NCBI RefSeq assembly: GCF_009914755.1
Contig: NC_060943.1
Direction: 5' to 3' (one strand)
Source of the DNA: the human T2T-CHM13v2.0 reference genome, Homo sapiens
DNA: 64,000 nucleotides
The notes under the pieces are model-generated. The model searched no databases. It saw nothing but the letters and a program-made list of their open reading frames with translations, and was not told the origin of the DNA. Below are positions 11,975 to 23,640 of the stretch, piece by piece (position 1 is the first letter of the stretch; the number at the start of each line of letters is the position of its first letter). A program made the position numbers and the translations under genes.

Positions 11975-13259
11975 CACACGTGCACATGTGCGTGAATTGG
12001 GGCCGGGAGCGGGTGGTGTTTGGGTTAAAAGGCTTCCCAGAAATCCCGAACTCTGATCCATATCTTCTGGCTACTTTAAAATGACTGAAACCTCAGGTTC
12101 CTTTTTCAGTGCTTTATTCCACACAAACTCATCTTTTAGGAGGCTATTTGACAGTGCTTAACTGCGACCCACATTGTACATGCTCATAACAAAGACAAGT
12201 CCCCATCTACCATGCTGTAACTTAGAAAGGCACAAGTTATACAACATCTGGAATCTACCCAAGGGAAAAAAAATGCCAGTCTACAAATCTAGCATGCTGG
12301 AGGCAGAAACCATGTGCTCAGAATCATTAAAATCACATTTCACTTTGCCACAGTGCAGCTCTGTCCCTGGCTGATGGCCAGATAAGCTTGCTGGCAGAGA
12401 TCTGCTCTTGTGGTGCTGAGCGAAAGGTCCACACACCTCTCGGTTAATACCTGCCCAGGCTTAATACCTAATCACCATCCTCGGATTGCCTCTCAACACT
12501 CATTACCAGCACTCAGCAGTTGCAGCCAAGGTGATGGGATTTAAGATTAGGACAAAAGAGTAGTCACTTTTGTTCTCAAGTGCAGGTCTCCTCAGAACAT
12601 CATCGTTCAGCAAATTCGGGAGACAGCATTTCCACTTTCTACTGAAGCATCCTGTAAGAATCAGAAAAGCATGACACCGTTAAAGATAAACAAAATGGCC
12701 CTATTTGAGCAAGAGGGGCTCATGCTGTTTGGTCTTTGTTTTACGCCCATGATGAGTTTAACTGTTTGTTCATCTCCAGCACCCCAGCCTGAAACTCACC
12801 CCTTGACAAGCACCCTGCAAGCTACAGTGATTCTGAATCCCAGAAGTGATGGGCTGTCTTGGAGAATCCCAGGGGCTGTCCTGTGCTCCAGGCCTGTCTC
12901 AGGACTCCTTGGGTGGACGCAATCTCCTCTAGTCCCCTCTAAAGACTTCTTCATCATTACGATGGTGAGTGTGGGCAAACCAGGTGGGATAGTTTCCCCT
13001 GTCGGCCTACCAGATTAGTTGCTTCCCAGGAGGCAGGTAGAAAGGGAAGGAGGGAGGAGAGTGGGAGGAGCCAAGGAGAAAGGAAAGAGAGGGAGGACAA
13101 GAAGAAAGCAAGAGAGAGAGCTCTTAGGGAAAGCAGGGAAACAGTGACGAAGGGAAGACCAGCTGTACCATATTAGGTAAGTGATCATTTAAAGTCATTA
13201 TCAACTTACTGTGAATTTCAGATGGAGTTTCTGGAAGCTACAGTCTTATTTCCTGTTAG

Positions 13260-13780
13260 GAATTCATTCATGTAACAAATGTTCTATGGGCCGGGACACT
13301 GTGCTTGGGGATGCAGATACACCCCTGAATGTAGCCATTTGCATTTTAATAAGGCAAAGCAAACAATGGACAAGTACACTCACAGATAAGACAATTTCAG
13401 ACAATGGTCATGCTGGAAGGAAATGGCATGGTCATGGGATAGAGAGCCAGAAGCAGGAGGAGATGTTAGACAGGGAGCAATGGACAGGGAGGAGATTTAG
13501 AAGGGGCCTCAAGGAGAGAGCGCAGTGAGAGAAGGAGCCCCCTGTGTGTGGACCTGGGAACCAACTGGCTTGGCGGGTGGTGCCATGCCACAGAGGTCAA
13601 CGTGGCTGGAGTGCTGAGCAAGGGGACAAGTTGCAGGGCAGGAGTCTAAGGGCATGCAGACTGGCAGGTGCTGATAAGGAGTTGGATTGCATTAATTCAG
13701 GACTGTAGGAAAAATGCCTCTGTGATCAGACAAATGGTCAACGTCTCTTGACAGGAAAACATTGGCTGTGACGTGGGTTG
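13260..13780 (-). mobile_element. L2 3' end
   Basis: attcattcatgtaacaaatgtt...cactgtgcttggggatgcag...aacgtggctggagtg...ataaggagttggatt. Confidence 0.7.
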
Positions 13781-14204
13781 TGCAATGAAGCTTCCAACCC
13801 AGGATCTGTTTCTGAATGGCTGTCATGGAGCAGAGAGCAGAGGCTCTGCATGGCCCCAACACTTGTCCCTCCTCCAAGCTCCGACATTAAGAAACATGCC
13901 TGCTTCCTCGTGGAGGAGGGAAGCCTGGTCTAAGGTGTGTGCTACAGGAGAGGAAATTCACACCTTCAGTTGCCTAGGTGACAGCTTCCAAAGTATGTTG
14001 CGGGTCTAACTGGCAGCCTGGCAAGGCCTCTGAGATGGGAAAAAGGGAGCCCCTTTCCATTGGAGTCACCATGATTGGACCAAATTCTGGTCCTCAGCTC
14101 AGGGGCCCTTGTTTCTGGTGAAATCTTTCAGCTATATGCCACCAGACCCCAAATATGTGTCTCTCCCAGGGCTAACCCTGGAGGCTGAAAGAAACCAGAA
14201 TACT

Positions 14205-14518
14205 CACCCAGCACGGTGACTCATGCCTGTCATCCCAGCACTTTGGGAGGCTGAGGGAGGAGGATCACTTGAGCCCAAAAGTTGGAGGCCAGCCTGGGCA
14301 ACATAGCAAGACCCCATCTCTCCAAAATTTTTGAAAATGGCTGGGCATGGTAGCATGTAGCTGTAGTCCCAGCTACTTGAGAGGGTGAGACAAGAGGATC
14401 ACTTGCCTCTCAACCCGGGAGGTTGAGGCTGTAGGGAACTATTATTGCATCACTGCACTCTAGCCTGGGCAACCCTGTCTCTAAAACAATAACAACAACA
14501 ACAACAAAACAAAAAACA
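14205..14518 (+). mobile_element. AluJ SINE with (AAC)n tail
   Basis: ggaggatcacttgagccc and ctgggcaacatagcaagacccc diagnostics; approximate TSD aaccagaatact / aaccaaaacact. Confidence 0.92.
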
Positions 14519-14551
14519 ACCAAAACACTATTGTCTAGTGTCCAGGACACT

Positions 14552-14609
14552 AGGGCCCAGGATGTGGCACAGAGCATGAGAGCCATCTGCAGCAGCACCT
14601 GTGCCCAGC
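14552..14609 (+). repeat. 58-bp exact direct repeat, copy 1 (copy 2 at 16353-16410)
   Basis: agggcccaggatgtggcacagagcatgagagccatctgcagcagcacctgtgcccagc read identically at both sites; peptide LGTGAAADGSHALCHILGP appears in two ORFs. Confidence 0.97.
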
Positions 14610-14857
14610 TGCTCATGGGAAGCCATGTGGGGTAGGAGGCTGACGGACAGCCCAGGGCAGGGCCAAGGCACTGAAACCTCATACATTCTAGTCAGTCCCA
14701 AACGAGCAAGAACCTTCAGCCCAGGTGAGTTTGTGTCTCGGTGGATATACAGTGTCTCTACCCATGAGCAGTACTTAAATGCCTGCACATCCATGTCACC
14801 CACTTCATCTTCTATCAGTCACTACAAGCACCATCTCCTCCAAGAAAATATGTTCTG

Positions 14858-15045
14858 ATGGAGGAAACACTGGATGTGGAGTCAGTGGCCTGGGACTGCC
14901 TAGAAGCTTCACTGAGTACTGGCTGTGTAACCTCAGACAAACCACTCACCCCCTCTGAGTCTCATTTTCCCCACTTATACATTGAGTCTAGCAATGCACA
15001 CCTCCCAGGACTGGGTATAAGGATTAGAGTCGACGAATGCAGGGT
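14858..15045 (+). mobile_element. MIR SINE
   Basis: ggagtcag...ggctgtgtaacctcagacaaaccactcaccccctctgagtctcattttcc...ataaggattaga. Confidence 0.75.
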
Positions 15046-15891
15046 ACGCAGTGGCTGATATTTGCTAAGGAACTGCGATGTTCTGATTCAATGTGGTGGC
15101 CAGATCTGGAGATCCTGAGACCATCTAGTCATGGTTGCTCTAGGGTGTGAGAGATGAAATTCAGGGAAGGTAGAGGAAGGTTCCCAGATGTGACAGCTTC
15201 TGCAGGGAGTGGGATTGCCATGGGAATCTCCAGAGACTGGACAAAGAGGAGCTTCACTGTTTTAAAGGCATCAGATGGACAGATGCAGAGCCACTTTCCT
15301 GGTAGGATTTATGACTCCAGCAGGCCCCCGGCTCCAACAGACAGCTCATTCTGGAGGAAATTAGGTGTCAAATGCAGTGTTCTGGAATTCTTAGGGCACC
15401 CATTGGCAGAGTTTTACAGCCATTCTGGCTCTAGGCCTTCGTCAACTTGTCAAAACATTGACTTTCCTCTGCAGCTCCTAACCAGGCAAGCACCAGGCAA
15501 TAGCAATGAGTAATGCAGCTCTTAACACCTCAGTCTGAAAAGATGAGACACCTCAGACCCTGGTTCTTCTGGAGTTTGGGGCAGTTATATGACACTGAAG
15601 TCATTTGCTCCTTGTCACACGGGGAGGACTTTCTGGCTTTTCAGGCTGGCAAAAGACTTTCCCCAGGTGAGTAGAGCTTTCTGGAGTTGAGACATCTAAC
15701 ATCACATCCCAGATGAGAAAGAGCAGATCCATCCCACTGGCCACTTGCCCCCACAAAAATGGGGGTAAGGAAGGCAGAGGATTGTCAGCAAAGCTCTGAA
15801 GAGCGGCTCTGCACCAACAGGCAGCCGGCAGGCCCCAGCCTGGTCCCACGACTTGTCACTGAAGATACTAAACCCGCAGCCGCTGAATTCC

Positions 15892-16395
15892 TGTCCTAGT
15901 TAGGGTGTCTCTTAAAGCAGACCCTGAACAATGACTTGGGTGCAAGTAGTTGATTTGAGAGGTGACCTCAGGGAACAGGAGCAACGGAGCAGGAGGAAGC
16001 CAGTGACAGGGTGCAGCCCTGTGGGAAATGGGGGCCCAATCTGCAGGGCCAACGCAGTGTTGTGAAATTCTTCGAGCAGTCTCTGGAGAGCAGGGGAGCA
16101 TGGAGCTCAGAACTGCCCCTCTGAAGGACTAGAGATTGGGCGTGGATCCCCACAGCATCCCCTGCTGGTAGAGGGTTCATCCTTGAGTGTGTTAACCCTT
16201 CTGCTCTTCCAGACTGTGCCTCTGCATGGCTGATTAGACTCCCACAGCTCAAAGAAAGCTCCGAATCAAAAAAGCAGAGGTTGCAGGCTGCCTGCCAGAA
16301 GTGAGACCCTGGTGATGGGCCTGGCACTGCTCACTGCAGTGCTGATGTCAGGAGGGCCCAGGATGTGGCACAGAGCATGAGAGCCATCTGCAGCA
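15892..16395 (-). mobile_element. ERVL solo LTR, LTR16 family
   Basis: tgtcctagttaggg...aagcagaccctga...tgggtgcaagtagttgatttgagaggtgac at one end, gccatctgcagca at the other. Confidence 0.75.
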
Positions 16396-17122
16396 GCACC
16401 TGTGCCCAGCAGTGTGCTAAGCACCAAATGAGAGCAGAAGTCATTGTGAAAAACAGTGCCCAGCCTCAATGACTCCTAGGAAAGTTTGGAATAGACAAGT
16501 GACCCCCGGGGCCCCAGCCCAGAAGCCTAAGTTAGAATTGAGTAACAAGAAGAAAAGATGCTGTTATTTAAAACAAAATTTGACTGCAGTGGCTGCAGCA
16601 CTCTCAGGCAGAGGCCAAGTTCTTCGTAGGGGTAGGTGGCCTTTTTGTTTAGAAACATACTTCAGAGGATCTCTTTGTGTGTGTGAAAATATAGGCCCCA
16701 GGGCACAGTGGGAAGGAGAAAGGCAGAGCGCTCTGCTCTGTAGTGATTGGAGTTTTTGTCTTGTTTGTTTGGAGGGGGCTTGTGATGCGAAGAAGAAAAT
16801 TGACGGAGCTTGGGACACAAAGGTCAACTGGCAGGAGTGGATTGGACCTTGGAAGGAAGGCAGTCAGGAGTTACTCCCTGTAGAGGGATGGTCAGGGGGC
16901 CACAAGGCAAGGATTGCTCACAAAACAGCCACATCAAGTCGGTGCATTCTGTGATATGCTGATATTAACTATCTGGTGTCCCTGACCCTTCGGTATGAAA
17001 CATCTTAGCCTCTCATTAGTTATGCTTTGGGAAACAAAGAAAGAGGAACATTGGGGGTGAATTAAGATAGAGAGAAGAGAGCAGCCATGGAAAGAGAGTG
17101 GGGGACAAGAACTCAGCAGGGC

Positions 17123-17564
17123 AGATGCAGGTAGGTGAGCTCCAAAACTGGGTCTCAGCCCAGGAGGACTCTTGGCTTCACCCAGGAAAGCATTCAAGGG
17201 TGAGCTGGTGGTATCAGACACGTTTTATGGAAGCTGCAGTGCACAGCAGCAGTAGAAGGACTGCTCCTTGCAGAGCAGGGATACCCCACAGGCAGTGGGC
17301 CCAGAGTAGCAGTTCAGAGGCAGTGCTGCACTCATATTTATACCCACTTTTAATGACATGCAAATTAAGGGGAGGGTTATGCAGAAATTTCTAAGAAAAG
17401 GGTGGTAACTCCCAGGTGTTGCCATGGCAATGGTAACTGACATGGTACACTGGTGGGTGTGTCTTACGGGAAGCTGCTTCTGCCTTGTACCTGTTTTAGC
17501 TAGTCCGCAATTTGGTCCGGTGTCTGAGCCCTGCCTCCAAAGTCAAGTCCCGCCTCCTATCTCA
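17123..17564 (-). mobile_element. ERV1 solo LTR, MER41 family
   Basis: ends agatgcagg...cgcctcctatctca; 4-bp TSD GGGC at 17119-17122 and 17565-17568; gttgccatggca and minus-strand gggtataaatatga TATA region. Confidence 0.8.
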
Positions 17565-18117
17565 GGGCTGAGTATCCAGGGATATGTGCTCCCTTAGGAA
17601 TCCTCGGAGAAGTTGAGAAGACACTAGACATCTCACAGCATGCAGAGTAGGGGCTTGAGTCTGCATATTTGAAGTTGGAGGAAAGTGTGGCCCCCTTAAG
17701 CCTGAAGAACACAGGACTCTGGGCTGTAATTCAGATCTATTTGGTACCCAGTTATCACTACCAAAAACGCAGCTCAGCCGGGTCCCATGCCAGAGAGGGA
17801 AGCCCAGGGATGACAAATGTGGCCCCTGCCCTCGGATTATGCCAATGTCCTAGGGCGTTCCAGTTGTCAGCAACCAACCTGGCTAAGCAATGCCTGAGAT
17901 GGCCTGGTGGGAGGCTCCATAAGCTGACCAGAGACATCCTGGAAGACCCCCAGGAGAAGGGACATCAGAACATCAGCTTGAATGATGAGAAAAAAATAGC
18001 AATAGGTAGAAAGCGAGAGAGAAGAAACTGTGGGCAAAGAAAAGAGAAGAGTTTCTGGAGGGAGAGACCCTCATGGGGTCTTCCCTAGGCCACCAGGAAC
18101 ACACAGGTGTCACCTTC

Positions 18118-18525
18118 TGTATCTGTCAGGGGTCTTGGGGAAACTGAGGCACACTCAGAGTCATTGAGAAGAGTTTAGTGAAGGGACTGCTCACATGGGA
18201 TAGAGAGGACTAGAGGGATGCAGTAAACCCAAGGCCACGGCTGTGCACATCACTACTGCCTGACCCACAGGGGACAGTGCCACTGTGGAAGAGGCCACAG
18301 GAAGGAGCTGGGGATTTCAGAGAGGAGCCCAACCCCTGCCACTTTTAGCCTAGCAGGGAGGGAGCAGGGCAGATGAATATCCCGATCTCTTTCTTCCATC
18401 CAACCAGTCCCGCCCCCATTGACTAACCGAGCTGGAAACAGAGGTCACGGGAGCCTGGTCAGTGCAGCCCTGCAGACCTAGACCCACCTAGCGTGGGTGT
18501 GGAGAGGCTTCCGGAGAGCATCCTG
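18118..18525 (-). mobile_element. ERVL LTR, LTR33-like
   Basis: tgtatctgtcagggg...gcacactca...gagaagagtttagtgaagggact...cccattgactaacc...ggaaacagaggtcacgggagcctg. Confidence 0.55.
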
Positions 18526-18959
18526 TGTACTTGCTGACAAATCAGCCACCTGTCCCTTGCAAGCTGTCCAGCATGAGCTGGCCTCATGCGCTGAAGCTCA
18601 GCCCTGCTTTTAGAGAGGTGATCAGCAGAGTCGTAGATTCAGGAAAAACGTGTGGGCTGCGGCATGCCACCGTACCCTCCCTTTGCCTGATACCTACAGG
18701 AGTCTGTGTTACTCAGGAGGACTCAGGAATCTGGAGATTGTGCTCTTAGATGGAAAATTGGAACTAGGAGGAGAAAGTAAGTGTGATGTGCACAGATCCC
18801 AGGTGGCCTCGCATTTTAGAAGTAAATGGCAATATTTTCAAATCAACTGGACGTAATATTGGAAGCCAGCAGAGCAACTCTCCAGCTAGGAGTCTATGCT
18901 TGAGGACCTGGCATTGTCAGCAACCTGGGGGGCCACACTGCACCCACACGAGCACAAGG

Positions 18960-19409
18960 CTTACCTTCGGTCAGGGTCTCCCAGACGTTGCCCCTGGGGT
19001 GGTGATTTGTGGGCAGGTGATTTATCAAGACAGGAGAACCCAGTAGGGAAAAGAGGGCAGGAGAGGGGAAGAAGCCCTGCAAGATGCTATTTCAGGTAGG
19101 TCTCCAGCCTCAGCCAGACCCCATTGAGGGGGGGCGGGGTCTGGAATATCAGCTGCATCTCACAGTCTGCCCAGCTTTGAGTCAGAGGAACTGGTTTTTC
19201 ACACCCCCACAGGATGAAGGGCAAGCTGCCAGGCACCCGAGGCTCCTTCATGCTTGCAGCTCAAGCCTCCAGGGGCCAAAGAGAAGTCCTCAGGAGGCTG
19301 TTGGTGCAGTCCACTTAGAGCAAAGCACATGGCCGCTGGAGGATGGGGGCACAGAGCTGGCAAGAGTGATCCACATGAACCTGGACAGGACCTTAACAGT
19401 GTCTGCTGA
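18960..19409 (-). mobile_element. ERVL LTR, LTR16 family
   Basis: ggtcagggtctcccaga...gatttgtgggcaggtgatttat...aacagtgtctgctga. Confidence 0.55.
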
Positions 19410-20061
19410 GGCCCTTGCCCCAGCTGGCCCTGAAGTCGAAGTCTGGTTTGCTCTGTTTTGTTGGTCTGTGCAGTGGAGAGGAAGGTGCCACCCCAGCTCT
19501 AGTTCTCCACGTCACTTAAGAGGTATGGGATTTCAGCAAGGACTGAACAATGCTGGGCCTCAGCTTTCTCCTTCATCCTGTGAAGACCTTCAATCTTATC
19601 TACCTTGGGGGATGATACTGTGGTTATCAAATGTCAGAGGACCTTGAAGGATGGAAAACACGTGTATGTGACTCATCAGGCTGTGCCATTGCAAGGTGAT
19701 GCTGATGTCAGGATATTTTTGTCTGCAGGAGAATCCACTACTGTATGGAGCTTGTCCTGGAAAGCCATTGCACCCCACCCCACCACCCCCACCATCTCTC
19801 AGAAGAGGTCACAAAGAGCATTTTGTTACAACATAACCTTACTCAAGAAATCACTCAAAAAATGCACATAGGAACCACTGAAACATTTCCTGAATTTAAA
19901 AGAATGACTCAGCAGAGCATTCGTTTGTGATAGAACTGCTTCTTGAATTTCTCAAAACTGGTGATGTTCACAAAGGCCAAAATGTGTGAGCATTCTGCCA
20001 AAACCAGGCCAAAGTTTGCTGCTGTGCTTTGTATTTAAAAAGAATAAGAAAATGTATAGTT

Positions 20062-20730
20062 CAAAAAATAAAATTCTAAGCCCACCAACTGACTAAACAG
20101 ATCCCCTCTTGGCCAAGGGGACCCCAGAGTAATCAGGAACATTGAGTTCTCGGCCATGATGGGATGGGGAGCATCAGACAAGTCTCGTTATTCCCTTCCC
20201 TTGCTAACCACCACTAGGCTTTCTTTCCTAAGGGCTAAACACAAACCTACCCTTCCAACACAGTCCACTGCTGTGATCAACCCACTGCTTGACGCTGCTC
20301 CTCGTTTTTGCCTGATAAGAGACCACTGACCATGGGGTGGCTCTGCCTAGTCCACGGAGGATGCACAGTGAGGGTTTTGGTGTCCTCTGCTTTACCTTTT
20401 GACATCAGAGGGCCAAAAGTTCTACCCTTGGGTCATGCTAAAACCACCATTTTTGGTACAGGGGGCCCATGAAGGGGCATGCAGCTCACTTGTGCATGTG
20501 CATGTTTCACCTCTCATAAATATTCATGACTCCTCCTGCAGCTTATTGAATATGTATATTCAGCCATCCAACTCAGCACAAATTCCTGTTCCCTTTGCCC
20601 CTCCCTGAAAGTGTCTGTTTCTGGCTTCTCATCAGAGGCTACGCTTCCCAGCCGGTCAGAGTGGCCACCCTGCAGGGTGCAACCCTTTATGAAAAACAAA
20701 GTTCTTCTTTCCAAAAGGAAAAAATAAAGA
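20062..20730 (+). mobile_element. ERV1 LTR, MER50-like, lacking U5 and ending in an A-rich tail
   Basis: caaaaaataaaattctaagccc...cttggccaaggggaccccagag...gacatcagagggcc...ggccaccctgcagggtgcaaccctttatga...ttcttctttccaaa then aggaaaaaataaaga. Confidence 0.8.
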
Positions 20731-21799
20731 AAGAAAATTTGTAGTTTAACAAAGACAATTAGATAAAGTTAACCCACTGGAGATCCCCGTCCTGCAGGCC
20801 TTGGTGCTGATTGATCTCCTGCCCAGGACATGGCCACACGGGGGCTAGTGGGTTGGTGACCTGAGGAGCACTCCTGAGTGACCTCGGAGTTCAGGGCTGC
20901 CTCCAAGAATGGCTGGTGCATAAAGACTACTCAGACCAAAGCTGAGCACTCCAAAGTATGAATAATGAAGGACATTTGCTGGCTCAGTGGTGAGAACCTG
21001 GGGTGTTTAGGCTGTCACTGCCAATAGTCCACTATTGGCTGGGATCAGAAGAGCAGAAGGCCACCATTTTACTGATGGGACCAAGTGAATCCCAGGGTCT
21101 GGTGCAACCTGGAGTGGAAGGTGCAGAGATGGGCAGCAGGTCCCCCCGATGCAACCCTTCTGCATGTTGACAACAATATAAAAAGGGAATACCTGCATTT
21201 CTATTTTGCTCTTCAGATTGGAGACCTGGTTGTATTACACTGCAGATTTACTCTAGCCAGTCCTCAGATATTGCCTACTACTTAAAGTGAATTGTTACCA
21301 AAATGTTCAGAGAAAACCTTAGATTAAGCGTATTGACTATGTTTCTTCTTTAAGTCATAGTTAAGGGCAATAACAACAACAGAGCAGCTGAGTAGATATT
21401 TTCTGCTCATCATTAATAATAACCCTTCGGCTGATGGATGGATGGCCCTCCCGGTGATGAAGAGCCGGCAGCACTCACTCTGTGGCGGGATCTGTTCCTG
21501 GGAGGGCCTGTAAGATATTTGATTTGAGAGATGCCTGGCTGCTGATGGATTAGGAGGGCCTGGTAGAAACACAGTGGCATGAACACCAGGACCATAAAAA
21601 GAGAAGAAGAGTACAATTATCTTGTATGTTCCCTTCCTTCTCTCACTCCCGGTAGAACCAGAGAAGGGCAAGCCGAGAAGCATGGAGGTCATTCCACCAG
21701 CCTGTGGACTCCTGGCCCATCCAGTCACTAAAGCTATGGAGGAGAAGGCAGAGAGACATGGACCTGGGGGAAAGAGGAGGCTCCCTGTACCTATCAGCT

Positions 21800-22050
21800 G
21801 TAGGGAAGAAGACTCTGCTCCACACAGTCACTTGGGATTGAAGCTGATGGAGGCTCCACCATCTCATAGCTACTTCATCTGGAACCAGCAGCCTCCTCAG
21901 CAGAAGGAGGGAGCAGGAAGGGTGTCCAGGGTGTTTTCACTCGATCAACCCGGAATGAGAGGTAGCACTTTGCTCACATTTCACTGGCCAGAATTAGGAA
22001 TGTGACCTCATCTAACTGCAAGGGAACTGGGAAGCAATGTGCCCAGAACG
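21800..22050 (-). mobile_element. Old MaLR LTR fragment (MLT1)
   Basis: ctttgctcacatttcactggccagaattaggaatgtgacctcatctaactgcaagggaactgggaa. Confidence 0.6.
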
Positions 22051-22084
22051 AGTGGTCTGCACACATTGCCCTGCTTCCTTACCT

Positions 22085-23060
22085 TTCATTCAATCTTCAA
22101 TTGCCCAGTCTAGGCTGTTCCCCACCACTTATACCAGCACAGCCTCCTGTTTCCAAACCCAGTGGTCATTCTCATGTTTCCCAATCTATGGGCAGCACTA
22201 ACCCCAGCTACTGCCCCCACCTCGATCTAGCCTGGCCTCAGCTTCTGCAATACCTCATTCTGCTGGGCTTCCTTCCCTCTCTCTCTGCTCTGTGAGTTTC
22301 TCCTCACCCAACCTTCTCTAAATGTTGGTGTCTTCTCAGAACAGATCTTGGCCCTATTGTTTTTTCTCTGTATATTCTCTTGCTAAATAATTACATCAGT
22401 TCCATAGCTTTAAATGGCATCTATTTGCCAATACATCTTAAACACAGATCGCAGGGCAGAGTTCTATCCCTAGGAGACTCACACTTTTCTTCTCCACTGC
22501 TTGCTTGAGAGCCCACAGTGCATCATATAAGGAACTTGAGTCTCCCACACTTGAGTCAATCACGGCTTCTTGTCGTAATTGGAAATCTAGGAGTGGCACA
22601 TCCTTGACAGCTCCCTTTTGCTCAGCCCTGAATATAAACCATCCATATGTCCTGTAGATTTAACCTCCAAAATACATCAAAGGAGGTCTGGAATCAACAA
22701 ACCTCAGGCTGTCTCCACTGCCACTCGCTCAGTGCCAATCTTGTCCTGGGCGGCACTCGGGGTTCCCCCACTCGCTCCTTGTCAAGTCATTCTCCCAGCA
22801 GCACCAGATTTGTCTATAAAATGCAAACCAAATCATGGTACTTCCTGCTTCAGTCCCTGAGCTGGCTTCTCACTCCTCGGGAATCAAGTTCAAGTTCCCC
22901 TCCATGGCCCACATGACCATGCAACCCAGGCCCTCCTCGGCCTCATACATGCTACCCTCCCCTCCACAGTGTGTTCCAGCCACACAGAGCTCCTTGTCCT
23001 GCTCTGCACCACTTGCCCCCTTTCCACACCGAGGCCTTGTCACACTCAGTGCTGTATCGT
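22085..23060 (+). mobile_element. L2 LINE, about 1 kb including decayed RT region
   Basis: ccaaacccagtggtcattctca; ctaaatgttggtgtc; catagctttaaatggcatctatttgccaat (decayed YADD region); aaatgcaaaccaaatcatg. Confidence 0.75.
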
Positions 23061-23130
23061 TCACTAAAACGTCACCGCCTTGATGAGCTGGATGCACAGA
23101 GGCATTGAGGAGAAGTGCATCTGGCATCTC

Positions 23131-23640
23131 CCCAAAACAAAAGACATCACTGTATCAAAAGAATACCTGCCCTCATATGTTCTTCCCAGCACCATTCACA
23201 ATAGCAAAGGCATGAAATCAGCCCGGGTGTCCACCAACCGAAGACGGGACGAAGAAAATGTAGTGCATATGCACCAAGGAATACTACTTGGCCATAAAGA
23301 TGAATGAAATCATGTCTTCTGCAGCAATAAGGATGGAACTGGAGGCCATTCTCCTACGTGAAATAACTCAGACACAAAAAGATAAATACCACACGTTCTC
23401 ACTTAACAGTGGGAGCTAAATAATGTGTACACATGGATGTAGAGTGTGGAATGATAGACTCTGGAGACACCCAAGGGTGGGGAGGATGGAGGGGGTGAGG
23501 CAGGAGAAGTTACTTCATGGGTACCACATACGTTAGTCCAGCAATGGCTACACTAAAGGCTCAGATGACACCACTACGTATTATATCCATGTAACAAAAT
23601 TACACTTGTGCCTCATAAATGTATACAAGTTTGAATAAAG
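23131..23640 (+). mobile_element. L1MA (L1MA1-like) 3' end
   Basis: ggatggaactggaggccatt...gtgggagctaaataatgtgtacacatggatgtagagtgtggaatgatagac...atccatgtaacaaaattacacttgt. Confidence 0.85.
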
